From: a bacterium
GTDB taxonomy: Bacteria; Krumholzibacteriota; Krumholzibacteriia; LZORAL124-64-63
DNA: 64,000 bases
Direction: 5' to 3'
Assembly: GCA_031441465.1 (NCBI GenBank)
Contig: JANOEP010000039.1
Location: 1-64,000 of the forward strand
Position numbers and translations under genes: made by a program. The notes under the pieces are model-generated. The model was not told the origin of the DNA, did no database searches, and saw only the letters and a list, made by a program, of their open reading frames with translations. This document shows positions 51,599 through 62,988 of the stretch, piece after piece (position 1 is the first letter of the stretch; each line of letters begins with the position of its first letter).

Positions 51599-52417
51599 AT
51601 GCAGCGCACAACCACGGTGGTCATCGCAGCGATCCTGATCCTGGCGACCTTGCTCGCCGGTTGCAAGGACGGCGGCGGCGCCGGCAAGGATTCCTCGGAC
51701 ACGAAGGGCGTGGTCCAGGTGCCGGGAATGAAAATCAAGGATCTGACGGTCGGCAACGGTCGTGCGGCGGCCAAAGGCGACTTCGTGACCGTGCACTACA
51801 CGGGTTGGGTGCTGACCGACGGCCAGAAGGCCGCCGAACCCTTCGACAGTTCGGTGCCCCGCGGCGTGCCGGCGACCTTCCCGATCGGGACCGGCCGGCT
51901 GATCAAGGGCTGGGACGAAGGCATCCCCGGCATGAAGGTCGGCGGCAAGCGCGAGCTGATCCTCGAGCCGGCCATGGGCTACGGCGAGCGCGAAACGCCG
52001 AAGATCCCGGCCAACTCCACGCTGATCTTCGAGGTCGAGATGGTCGCCATCCCCGACGTGCAGAAGACCGACGTGACGGTCGGCGCCGGCGCCCCCGCCG
52101 AGTCCGGCGACATCGTGCAGGTGCATTACACCGGCTGGCTGATGAAGGACGGCGTCAAGGGCGAGAAGTTCGACAGCTCGCTCGACCGCGGCTCCCCCTT
52201 CGAGTTCCAGCTCGACGCCGGCCGCGTGATCCCGGGCTGGGACCTCGGCGTCAAGGGCATGAAGGTCGGCGGCAAGCGCACGCTGACCATCCCGCCCGAA
52301 CTCGGCTACGGCGACCGCGACCTGGGCGTCATCCCGCCCAACTCGACGCTGAACTTCGACGTGGAGCTGCTGGGCGTCCAGGGCAAGGCTGAACAGCCGG
52401 CCGCGCAGACCGAGTAG
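51599..52417 (+). CDS. Tandem FKBP-type peptidyl-prolyl isomerase lipoprotein
   Basis: Lipobox LLAGC; two VHYTGW..FDSS..GWD.G..GMKVGGKR..GYG..IP.NSTL.F.VE domains. Confidence 0.93.
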   Translation: MQRTTTVVIAAILILATLLAGCKDGGGAGKDSSDTKGVVQVPGMKIKDLTVGNGRAAAKGDFVTVHYTGWVLTDGQKAAEPFDSSVPRGVPATFPIGTGRLIKGWDEGIPGMKVGGKRELILEPAMGYGERETPKIPANSTLIFEVEMVAIPDVQKTDVTVGAGAPAESGDIVQVHYTGWLMKDGVKGEKFDSSLDRGSPFEFQLDAGRVIPGWDLGVKGMKVGGKRTLTIPPELGYGDRDLGVIPPNSTLNFDVELLGVQGKAEQPAAQTE

Positions 52418-52440
52418 TCTTCCAGCGTAGCGGTAGTGAA

Positions 52441-52470
52441 AGAGGGCGTCCCGCGGTCGGGACGCCCTCT
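52441..52470. terminator. Rho-independent terminator
   Basis: AGAGGGCGTCCCG-cggt-CGGGACGCCCTCT followed by a T-rich tail. Confidence 0.8.
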
Positions 52471-52502
52471 GCGTTTTCTCCGGCCGTGAAGCGCCGCCGC
52501 CG

Positions 52503-54938
<2,436 letters not shown>

Positions 54939-55315
54939 GACAACCCCTCTTTCGAGATTGGCGAGATCGCGGCGGTCCGGGACCCGGGCGCGCCGGTCTG
55001 CCGACATGCGGCTGAATACTGTGGACTGTTATCCCCGCAGGGTGGGAAACTGTCAAGAAAGGATGCAATTGCGCGGGTCCGGCGGGCCACCGCACGATCG
55101 ATAACGAGATTCAATAATAATGTTACAGTGACGAACTGCCAGAAGATTGTGTCACCCGGCCGGGGTATCGTTCCGGGGCTGTGAAACGGGCCAGCTTCAT
55201 GCTCCGTAAGCCGATGATCCCTGTTTATTTCTTGACATAACATGTTCCGGAAAAAACATTTGAGGTGTCTTCCGGGGTCAACCCGGGCCGTACCACCACA
55301 GGGGAGAGTGCTCGC

Positions 55316-56329
55316 ATGGCTCGATTCTATCTGGAAAAGGGCAAGGTAGCGGCGTTCATCGCTCATCTGCAGTCGCAGAAGCCGGTGTACGCACCGCACC
55401 GCAAGGGCCGCAACGCGTTCGCGTTCGCGCCGGTCGAGCGGCCGCAGGACGTGGTGCTGGACTACCCGCGGACGGTCAGCTCGATCAAGAAGTACTTCAT
55501 GCCGGCGCGCGAGGAACTGCTCAGCTTCAACCTGGTCGAGAACACCTGCGCACAGCCCGCCGTCGCGCCGCTGGACGCCGTGTTCCTGGGCGTCCACAGC
55601 TACGACGTCCAGGCGGTGTTGAAGCTCGACCACAACTTCGTGACGGGCAACCCGGAGCGGAACTACCTGACGCGGCGCCAGGGCGCGCTGTTCGTCGGCG
55701 TCGGCTTCACGCCCGACCGGTTCCACTTCAGCGGCTCGGTGGGCATCCCGGCGGGGGACACCAGCGGCTGCGACCTGTTCCTGCACCATTGCGAGGGCGG
55801 CTACGCCCTCGAGACGCTGACCCCGGCCGGCGAAGGGCTGATCGCCGGGTTCAAGCTGCCCGCCCACACGGCGGGATTGCCGGCCGCCGCCGCCTTCCAG
55901 CAGCACATCTACGTGCCGCAGGCCAAGCTCAAGGACGTCCTCGCCCACGGCTACGACGCCGCGGTGTGGGAGGAAGAGGCGGAGAAGTGCGTGAGCTGCG
56001 GCACCTGCAACCTCGTCTGCCCCACCTGCTACTGCTTCGACGTCGAGGACGAGGTCGACATCACGGCGACCCGCGGCAGCCGCGAGCGCCACTGGGACGG
56101 CTGCCTGCTGCGCAGCTTCACCGAGGTGGCCGGCGGCGAGGTTTTCCGCGAGGAGCCGGCCGCGCGCCAGCGCCACCGCGTGTTCCGCAAGTTCAAGTAC
56201 ATCTCGGACGAGACGGGCGAACCCTGGTGCGTGGGCTGCGGCCGCTGCACGGCGGCCTGCACCGCGGGCATCAGCATCGTCTCGATCGTCAACCGTCTGG
56301 TGAACGACTACGACGCCGTCAAGGCGTAG
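55316..56329 (+). CDS. Group 3b hydrogenase (sulfhydrogenase) beta subunit, 4Fe-4S dicluster (AsrA-like)
   Basis: CVSCGTCNLVCPTCYCF, R.WDGC, CVGCGRC...C. Confidence 0.9.
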   Translation: MARFYLEKGKVAAFIAHLQSQKPVYAPHRKGRNAFAFAPVERPQDVVLDYPRTVSSIKKYFMPAREELLSFNLVENTCAQPAVAPLDAVFLGVHSYDVQAVLKLDHNFVTGNPERNYLTRRQGALFVGVGFTPDRFHFSGSVGIPAGDTSGCDLFLHHCEGGYALETLTPAGEGLIAGFKLPAHTAGLPAAAAFQQHIYVPQAKLKDVLAHGYDAAVWEEEAEKCVSCGTCNLVCPTCYCFDVEDEVDITATRGSRERHWDGCLLRSFTEVAGGEVFREEPAARQRHRVFRKFKYISDETGEPWCVGCGRCTAACTAGISIVSIVNRLVNDYDAVKA

Positions 56330-56350
56330 GTCCCGTCAAGGAGAGGCAAG

Positions 56351-57202
56351 ATGACCAAGCACGAACTCATCGCTCCCGCCGCGACGAAGGACCTGTACCT
56401 GCCGGTCATGGCGGAGATCACGGATGTGCGGCAGATGACGCCGCTGGAGAAGCTGTTCGAGATCAAGCTGCCGGGCGGCGTGGCTCTGGGCCACCGGCCG
56501 GGGCAGTTCGTCGAGGTGTCGCTGTTCGGCGTCGGCGAGGCGCCGATCTCGGTCTCCTCGTCGCCGACGAAGAAGGGCGCCTTCGAACTGGGCATCCGCA
56601 AGGTGGGCATGCTCACCGAGATGATCCACCGCATGCAGCCCGGCGAGCGCATCGGCATCCGCGGCCCCTTCGGCAACGGCTTCGACATGGCCAAGTTCAA
56701 GGGCAAGGACGTGCTGGTGGTCGCCGGCGGCATCGGCCTGGTGCCGCTGCGGTCGATGATCAACTACATCCTGGACAACCGCGGCGACTTCGGCCGGCTC
56801 ATCATCTGCTATGGCAGCAAGAGCGACACCGACCTGCTGTTCGAGGACGAGCGCCGGCTGTGGGAGCGGGACCCCCGCGTCGAGTTCCACCTCACCGTGG
56901 ACCACGGTTCGCCGGCCTGGCAGGGCCGCACCGGCGTCATCACGACCCTGATCCCCGGCCTGGACCTGGATCTGCCGAACACCCTGGCCTGCGTCTGCGG
57001 GCCGCCGGTCATGTACCGGTTCGTCGTGCTGGCCCTGAAATCCAAGCGCCTCGCGGAGGAGAACATCTACATGTCCCTCGAGCGCCGCATGAAGTGCGGC
57101 GTGGGCAAGTGCGGGCACTGCCAGATCAACGGCAGTTACGTCTGCCAGGACGGTCCGGTCTACCACTATCCCGACATCAAGGCACTCCGGGAGGCTCTGT
57201 GA
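56351..57202 (+). CDS. Group 3b hydrogenase gamma subunit, FAD/NAD(P)-binding (AsrB-like)
   Basis: PGQF...GEAPIS, RGPFGNGF, AGGIGLVPLRS, CGPPVM, MKCGVGKCGHC...C.DGP. Confidence 0.92.
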   Translation: MTKHELIAPAATKDLYLPVMAEITDVRQMTPLEKLFEIKLPGGVALGHRPGQFVEVSLFGVGEAPISVSSSPTKKGAFELGIRKVGMLTEMIHRMQPGERIGIRGPFGNGFDMAKFKGKDVLVVAGGIGLVPLRSMINYILDNRGDFGRLIICYGSKSDTDLLFEDERRLWERDPRVEFHLTVDHGSPAWQGRTGVITTLIPGLDLDLPNTLACVCGPPVMYRFVVLALKSKRLAEENIYMSLERRMKCGVGKCGHCQINGSYVCQDGPVYHYPDIKALREAL

Positions 57203-57948
57203 TGGCGAACAAACCGAGAGTCGGCATCTTCGACTTCACCGGCTGCGAGGGTTGCGAGCTCAACCAGCTGAATTTCGAGGATCAGCTCCTGGACATCCTG
57301 GAGCACGTGGAGATCGTCGAATGGCGCGAGGCCATGGACGGTCAGGTGGAGGAACTGGACATCGCGTTCGTCGAAGGCTCGCTGTCCACACCCGACTGCA
57401 TCAAGCGGATCCACGAGGTCCGCCGCAAGTCCAAGGTCCTGGTGGCCCTGGGCGCCTGCGCGGTGCAGGGCGGGATGAACGCCCTGAAGAACATCCGGCC
57501 CATCGAGCAGGTGCGCGAGGAGGTCTACGGCCAGGACAAGTACCTGTTCCCGACCCTGCCCGCGCTGCCGATCAGTTCGGTGGTCAAGGTCGACGTGAAC
57601 ATCCGCGGGTGCCCCATGACCCAGAAGGAGTTCCTGAAGGTGTTCACCGCCCTGGTGATGGGCAAGATGCCGATCGAACCGGGTAACGCGGTGTGTACCG
57701 AGTGCAAGCTCAGGGACAACGAGTGCGTCTTCGAGAAGGGGATGATCTGCCTCGGACCCGTCACCCGCGCCGGCTGCGAAGCGCAGTGCCCGAGCTTCGG
57801 CCAGTACTGCATCGGCTGCCGCGGCCTGGTGCCGGAGCCGAACATCGAGGCGATGGAGGAAATCCTCACCGCGCACGGGCTGTCGATGGACGACGCGCGC
57901 AAGAAGCTCCAGTTGTTCAACGCCAACCAGCTCGAGGGGGTCTCCTGA
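57202..57948 (+). CDS. Group 3b [NiFe] hydrogenase small (delta) subunit
   Basis: GCEGC, VEGS, LGACA..GG, GCP, VC.EC, CLGPVTRAGC...CP....C.GCRG. Confidence 0.92.
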   Translation: MANKPRVGIFDFTGCEGCELNQLNFEDQLLDILEHVEIVEWREAMDGQVEELDIAFVEGSLSTPDCIKRIHEVRRKSKVLVALGACAVQGGMNALKNIRPIEQVREEVYGQDKYLFPTLPALPISSVVKVDVNIRGCPMTQKEFLKVFTALVMGKMPIEPGNAVCTECKLRDNECVFEKGMICLGPVTRAGCEAQCPSFGQYCIGCRGLVPEPNIEAMEEILTAHGLSMDDARKKLQLFNANQLEGVS

Positions 57949-59252
57949 TGGGCACCAACCTGGACATCAAAGTCCACCACCTGACGCGGGTGGAGGGCCA
58001 CGGTGATATCGTCGTCAACATGCGCGACGGCGTGCTGGAGAAGGCGCGCCTGGAGATCGTCGAGGCGCCGCGCTACTTCGAGGCGATGCTCAAGGGCCGC
58101 AACTTCCACGAGGCCGCGATCATCACCTCACGCATCTGCGGCATCTGCTCGCTCGGCCACCAGATGACGTCGTTCAAGGCCACCGAGCAGGCGCTGGGCC
58201 TGGAGATCAGCGAGCAGACGCTGCTGCTGCGCAAGCTGCTGGTGCACGGCGCCACGATCCAGTCCAACGTGCTGCACGCGCTGTTCCTGGCCGCGCCCGA
58301 CTTCCTGAAGGTCGGCTCGGTCTTCCCGCTGGTGAGCACGCATCCCGAGGTCGTCCTGGCCGCCCTGCGCATGAAGCGCCTGGCCAACGACATCGGCGAG
58401 GTGGTCTCCGGCCGCGCCGTGCACCCGATCTCCTGCGTGCCCGGCGGCTTCACCCAGCTGCCCTCGGCGAAGTCCCTGGCCGTGCTGCGCGAGCGCCTCG
58501 AGAAGCAGATGCTGCCGGACCTGGTCTTCGCGGCCGACGTCGTGGCGACGCTGGCGGGCGAGATCCCGGACTTCACCCGCGAAACCGAGTTCATCTCCCT
58601 GCGCAGCGACGACGACTACGCGCTCTACGACGGCGACATCTGCTCGACGGACACCGGTCGCGTTCCGGACGGCGAGTACCGCCGCATGACCAACGAGTAC
58701 ATCGTGCACCACAGCACGTCGAAGCACTGCAAGGTCAACCGGTCGTCGTACATGGTGGGCGCCCTGGCCCGCTGGAACAACAACCACGACCGGCTCTGCC
58801 CCGAGGCCCTGGGCGTCGCGGCGAAGCTCGGCCTGAAGCCGAGCTGCCACAACCCCTACATGAACACCGTGGCCCAGGTCGTCGAGTCGGTCCACTGCTG
58901 CCTCGACGCCATGGCCATCCTGGACCGCCTGCTGGCGGCCGGGATCCGCGACGAGGTTCCCAACCAGGACCCGACGCGCTACGGGACGGGCGTCGGCGCC
59001 ACCGAGGTGCCGCGCGGCATCCTGTACCACGAGTACACCTACGACCGGCAGGGCCGCATCACGGCCGCGAACTGCATCATCCCGACGGGGCAGAACCTGG
59101 CCAACATCGACGACGACATGGTCAAGCTCGTGCCCGAGGTCGTGGACCGCGGCGAGGCCGCGATCGCGCACCTGCTGGAGATGCTGGTGCGGGCCTACGA
59201 CCCCTGCATCTCGTGCTCGGTGCACATGCTGGACGTCAAGTTCACGAGGTAG
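57948..59252 (+). CDS. Group 3b [NiFe] hydrogenase large (alpha) subunit
   Basis: TRVEGHG, SRICGICS (L1), EVPRG, RAYDPCISCSVH (L2) followed by a cleavable tail MLDVKFTR. Confidence 0.95.
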   Translation: MGTNLDIKVHHLTRVEGHGDIVVNMRDGVLEKARLEIVEAPRYFEAMLKGRNFHEAAIITSRICGICSLGHQMTSFKATEQALGLEISEQTLLLRKLLVHGATIQSNVLHALFLAAPDFLKVGSVFPLVSTHPEVVLAALRMKRLANDIGEVVSGRAVHPISCVPGGFTQLPSAKSLAVLRERLEKQMLPDLVFAADVVATLAGEIPDFTRETEFISLRSDDDYALYDGDICSTDTGRVPDGEYRRMTNEYIVHHSTSKHCKVNRSSYMVGALARWNNNHDRLCPEALGVAAKLGLKPSCHNPYMNTVAQVVESVHCCLDAMAILDRLLAAGIRDEVPNQDPTRYGTGVGATEVPRGILYHEYTYDRQGRITAANCIIPTGQNLANIDDDMVKLVPEVVDRGEAAIAHLLEMLVRAYDPCISCSVHMLDVKFTR

Positions 59253-59259
59253 GAGCGGC

Positions 59260-59730
59260 GTGAAGCTCATCGCGGTCGGCAATCCGCTGTACGGCGACGA
59301 CGGGGTGGGGGCGGCCGTCCTGGAACGGGCCCGCGCCACGGACGCCTTCCCGGGCGCCGAACTGATCGACGCCGGGACCGACGCCCTGTCGCTGATCGAC
59401 CGCTTCGCGGACGACGAGCTGCACGTGATCGTGGACGCGGCCCGGATGGGCCTGGAACCGGGCCGCATCGCCCGCTTCACGCCGGGCGAGGTTTCCCTGG
59501 GCGTCGTCCGGGACCGCCTCTCACTGCACGGTTTCGGCCTGGCCGAGGCCTTCGTCCTGGCCGGGCGGATCGACCGCCTGCCGCGGCGCCTGGTGGTCGT
59601 GGGCGTGGAGCCGCAGACGCTGGAGATCGACCGGGGCCTTTCGGACGCGGTGGCGTCGGCGGTTCCCGAGGTGCTGGAGATCATCAAAGCGGAGGTTCAT
59701 TCCGATGAAGCGGACCATCCTGGTCATTGA
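59260..59730 (+). CDS. Hydrogenase maturation protease (HycI/HyaD family)
   Basis: VGNPLYGDDGVG, IDAGT, IVDA, SLHG, VVGVEP. Confidence 0.92.
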   Translation: MKLIAVGNPLYGDDGVGAAVLERARATDAFPGAELIDAGTDALSLIDRFADDELHVIVDAARMGLEPGRIARFTPGEVSLGVVRDRLSLHGFGLAEAFVLAGRIDRLPRRLVVVGVEPQTLEIDRGLSDAVASAVPEVLEIIKAEVHSDEADHPGH

Positions 59731-60097
59731 CGACGACATCGACCTGGTCGAGATCATCCGGTTGACCCTCGAGAACGAGGGTTACGGCGTGATCGACGCC
59801 CAGAACGGCGCCCGGGGCCTGGAACTGGCCCGCGAGCGGAAGCCCGACCTGATCCTGCTCGACGTGATGATGGGCGAGATCGACGAGGGATTCCAGGTTG
59901 CCTACGAGCTGCGCAAGGGTGACAATACGCGGGACATCCCGATCATCATGCTGACCGCGGTGGCCGACCAGACGGGGTACGCCTTCGATCCGGAGAAGGA
60001 CTCGGACTTCCTGCCGGTGGACGAGTACCTCGAGAAACCCGTCAGCCCCCGGCGGCTCGTGGACCTGGTGCGCAAGCACCTGCCGCCGACGATCTAG
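59705..60097 (+). CDS. Single-domain response regulator (receiver only)
   Basis: ILVIDDD, PDLILLDVMM, IPIIMLTA, EKP; no output domain. Confidence 0.9.
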   Translation: MKRTILVIDDDIDLVEIIRLTLENEGYGVIDAQNGARGLELARERKPDLILLDVMMGEIDEGFQVAYELRKGDNTRDIPIIMLTAVADQTGYAFDPEKDSDFLPVDEYLEKPVSPRRLVDLVRKHLPPTI

Positions 60098-60103
60098 GAG
60101 GCC

Positions 60104-61459
60104 ATGGAGCGCAGGGCCGCGGGCGCCGTCGAACCGATCGCTCCCGAGTCGGCCCACTTCGTCTCGGCCGCGTCGCTGCGCGTTCGTTCCGACTGGTTCA
60201 ACCGCATGCGCTGGATCGCCGCCGTCGGCGTGGTGCTGGTCTCGCTGCTGGCGGTCGAGTTCGGCGGCGTCGACCTGCCGTTGCTGCCCATCATGTCGAC
60301 GGCCGCCGTCCTGCTGGCCATGAACGCCTCCTACACGCTGCGCAACCGCCGCGTGCCCGCGACCGACATCCGCGCCGAACTGGTCGTCGTCAAGCTCCAG
60401 ATGGTCCTGGATCTGCTGCTGCTGACGGTCCTGTTGAGCTTCAGCGGCGGGATCGAGAACCCCTTCCATTTCGTCTACATCATCCACGTGCTGCTGGCCG
60501 GGCTGCTGTTCAAGGGCGGCGAGATCCGCCGGATGGCCCTGCTGGCCGGCCTGCTGTTCACCGCCGAGGTGCTGGGGGAGGCGGCCGGGCTCGTGCCGCA
60601 CCACCACCTCGCCAGCGGTCCGGAGATGAGCCAGGACTGGCGCTTCGTGTCCTCGGGGCTGGCGGCCTTCTGGATCGTGCTGGTCTGCTGCGCGTACCTG
60701 AGCGCCTCGATCATGCGGCACAACCGGGTGATCAAGGACGACCTGGTGGTGCGGCAGCGCCAGCTCATGGCGGCGGACAAGGCCAAGATCGACTTCTTCC
60801 GCTACGTCTCGCACGAGGTCAAGACCCCGGTGATCACGGCCCAGAGCGCCGTGGAGGCCGTGCTGGCCGTCGCGGGCGCGGACATGGCCGCGAAACCGCG
60901 CGATCTGCTGCTGCGCACCGTCGAGCGGCTGCGCCAGGCGACCGAGATCGTGCAGGGCCTGAGCGACCTGACGCGCGGGCCGCTGCACCAGGGCCAGGAT
61001 GTGCGTGACGTGAACCTCAACCGGCTGGTCGCCTCCCTCCTGGACGGCCAGCAATCGCTGATCGAGACGCGCGGGCTGCGCGTCGAGGCCAGGCTGCCGG
61101 CCGAGGACGTGCTGCTGCGCGCCAGCGAGACCATGGTCGAGAAGGTCCTGGGCAACCTGATCAGCAACGCGGTGCGCTACAATCGCGACGGCGGCCGCCT
61201 GATCGTGGCGATGCAGGACCTGGGCGACGCCGTGCGCGTGGCCGTCACCGACGAGGGGATCGGCATCCGGCCCGAGGACCTCGGCCGCATTTTCGACGAA
61301 TTCTACCGCACCCCGGAGGCCAAGGCGGCCTCGTCTCTGGGGACGGGCCTGGGCCTGCCCATCGTCAAGCGCTTCCTCGAACAGATGGGCGGCGAGATCG
61401 CGGTCGAGAGCGAACCGGGCCGTGGCAGCACCTTCACGGCGACTCTGAGGAGAACCTGA
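60104..61459 (+). CDS. Membrane sensor histidine kinase with RegB-like GGxxNPF motif
   Basis: 5-6 TM with RMRW and SGGIENPF; H-box SHEVKTP; NLISNAVRYN, DEGIGI, IFDEFYR, GTGLGL. Confidence 0.9.
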   Translation: MERRAAGAVEPIAPESAHFVSAASLRVRSDWFNRMRWIAAVGVVLVSLLAVEFGGVDLPLLPIMSTAAVLLAMNASYTLRNRRVPATDIRAELVVVKLQMVLDLLLLTVLLSFSGGIENPFHFVYIIHVLLAGLLFKGGEIRRMALLAGLLFTAEVLGEAAGLVPHHHLASGPEMSQDWRFVSSGLAAFWIVLVCCAYLSASIMRHNRVIKDDLVVRQRQLMAADKAKIDFFRYVSHEVKTPVITAQSAVEAVLAVAGADMAAKPRDLLLRTVERLRQATEIVQGLSDLTRGPLHQGQDVRDVNLNRLVASLLDGQQSLIETRGLRVEARLPAEDVLLRASETMVEKVLGNLISNAVRYNRDGGRLIVAMQDLGDAVRVAVTDEGIGIRPEDLGRIFDEFYRTPEAKAASSLGTGLGLPIVKRFLEQMGGEIAVESEPGRGSTFTATLRRT

Positions 61460-61461
61460 GC

Positions 61462-61935
61462 ATGCGTACCGAGTGCGGCGGCCTCATCGAGCGCAACGAC
61501 CTGTGCCTGGTCGAGGTCCTGGGCTACCGCTGGCAGCCGGGCCGCTCCTGCCTGATCCTGGGGCTGTTCGGCGACGCCGGCATCCCCCTGTGCTACCTGA
61601 CCATCGGCAACGGCGCCGACGGCCTGCGCAACCTGTCGCTGTGCGTCTCGCGCCAGCACTACGAGGCGACCAACGGACTGCTGGAGACGATCCGCACCGA
61701 CCACCAGCCGAAGGCGGTCGACGTGCGCGAGCCCGTCACGATCCTGACGCTCTACGGCCCCCACTTCTACGAGCGCATCGCGCTGGCCAGCGAGGTCTAC
61801 CACGCCTTGTGCCGGGACGGCATCGACACGCTCTCGCTCGGCTCCTCGGTCAACAGCATCTCGGTGGTGGTCGCCGAGGCGGACGCCGCCGCCGCCAAGG
61901 CCAGCTTCCGCAAACGCTTCATCTGGCCGGAGTGA
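61462..61935 (+). CDS. Stand-alone tandem ACT-domain protein (aspartokinase regulatory domain-like)
   Basis: PG....ILGLF..AGI; ILTLYGPHF.....ASEVYHAL...GI....GSS..SISVVV resemble LysC ACT1/ACT2. Confidence 0.75.
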   Translation: MRTECGGLIERNDLCLVEVLGYRWQPGRSCLILGLFGDAGIPLCYLTIGNGADGLRNLSLCVSRQHYEATNGLLETIRTDHQPKAVDVREPVTILTLYGPHFYERIALASEVYHALCRDGIDTLSLGSSVNSISVVVAEADAAAAKASFRKRFIWPE

Positions 61936-62038
61936 CGGGCGGCGGCGCGCGCTCCGCGCACCCGACGATCGCGATCTGCTGGCGGTTCAGCGTCCGTTGT
62001 GGCATGATGAGGGGGAACCAAGGTTCCGGAGGTTTCCC

Positions 62039-62623
62039 GTGCGCGCCATCCGCATCGCCGCTTTCGTCGCCCTGATCGCGCTCCTGCCCGCCGCAGCCGC
62101 CGCCGATCGTCCGCCGCGCGCCCCGCACCGCCCCCGCGTGGTCGAGCGCGTCGACCTGCCGCGCTACTGCGGCACCTGGCACGAGATCGCCCACATCCCC
62201 AACCGCTTCCAGCAGGACTGCGGCTGCTGCGCCACAGCGACCTACGCCCTGCGCGCCGACGGCAAGCTGTCGGTGACCAACCGCTGCCGGAAGGCCGACG
62301 GCTCCCTGGACGAGTTCACGGCCGAGGCGGAGGTGGTCGACACCCGCACCAACGCCCGGCTGAAGCTGACGCCGTTCAAGATCCTCGGCCTCGCGCCCAT
62401 CAAGGCCGACTACTGGATCCTGGGCCTGGAGCCCGACTACCGCTGGGCCGTGGTCGGCGGTCCCGACCGCAAGTACGGCTGGATCCTGGCCCGCGAACCG
62501 CGGTTGACGCCGCCGCAGCGGGCGGAAATCGACGCCCTGCTCGAGCGTCAGGGCTACGACCCGGCGGCCTTCACCGCCGGCGAGCAGCCCTGGACACCCG
62601 CAGCGACGGAGGTGAAGCCATGA
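62039..62623 (+). CDS. blc: Bacterial lipocalin (Blc-like)
   Basis: VDLPRYCGTWHEIA.IPNRFQ..C, A.Y.LR.DG...V.N.C, DYWI..L..DY..AVVG, WILAR. Confidence 0.85.
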   Translation: MRAIRIAAFVALIALLPAAAAADRPPRAPHRPRVVERVDLPRYCGTWHEIAHIPNRFQQDCGCCATATYALRADGKLSVTNRCRKADGSLDEFTAEAEVVDTRTNARLKLTPFKILGLAPIKADYWILGLEPDYRWAVVGGPDRKYGWILAREPRLTPPQRAEIDALLERQGYDPAAFTAGEQPWTPAATEVKP

Positions 62624-62868
62624 TCGACGGCATGAAGGTTCTGCGGACCTACGGCAGCGAGGTCGAGGCGGAGATGGCGGCCGCGATGCTCCAGGCCTAC
62701 GGCCTCGAGGCGCTGGTGTCCACCGACGACGCCGGCGGCATGTATCCGCAGATGGCGCAGCTGCGGGGCATCAAGCTGCTGGTCTGGGAGAAGGATCTCG
62801 AGGAGGCGCGGGCGCTGCTGGACGCCGAAGGGGTGGGGGACGAACCGGATGGCCCCACCAGTAGTTAG
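62620..62868 (+). CDS. DUF2007 (putative signal-transducing) small protein
   Basis: EAEMAAAML.AYG.EA...DDAGG.YP...GIKLLV...D.EEA..LL. Confidence 0.75.
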   Translation: MIDGMKVLRTYGSEVEAEMAAAMLQAYGLEALVSTDDAGGMYPQMAQLRGIKLLVWEKDLEEARALLDAEGVGDEPDGPTSS

Positions 62869-62917
62869 ATCATCGTTACTTGATGATACAGCAACAAGAT
62901 AGTATTTCTGCTCACAC

Positions 62918-62976
62918 TTGACGATTCTTCGAATATTGTATACAATGTCGTCATAATACGTCGATAAATGACGACA
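62918..62976 (+). promoter_or_regulatory. sigma-70 promoter with overlapping inverted repeats
   Basis: TTGACG-N17-TACAAT (62918-62946); palindrome ATTGTATACAAT; IR TGTCGTCAT-N13-ATGACGACA (62946-62976). Confidence 0.75.
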
Positions 62977-62988
62977 AGGTGGTCAATA

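Noticed and set aside
59190..59252. Selenocysteine ([NiFeSe]) in the hydrogenase large subunit
   Set aside because: L2 motif DPCISC uses TGC codons; there is no in-frame TGA.
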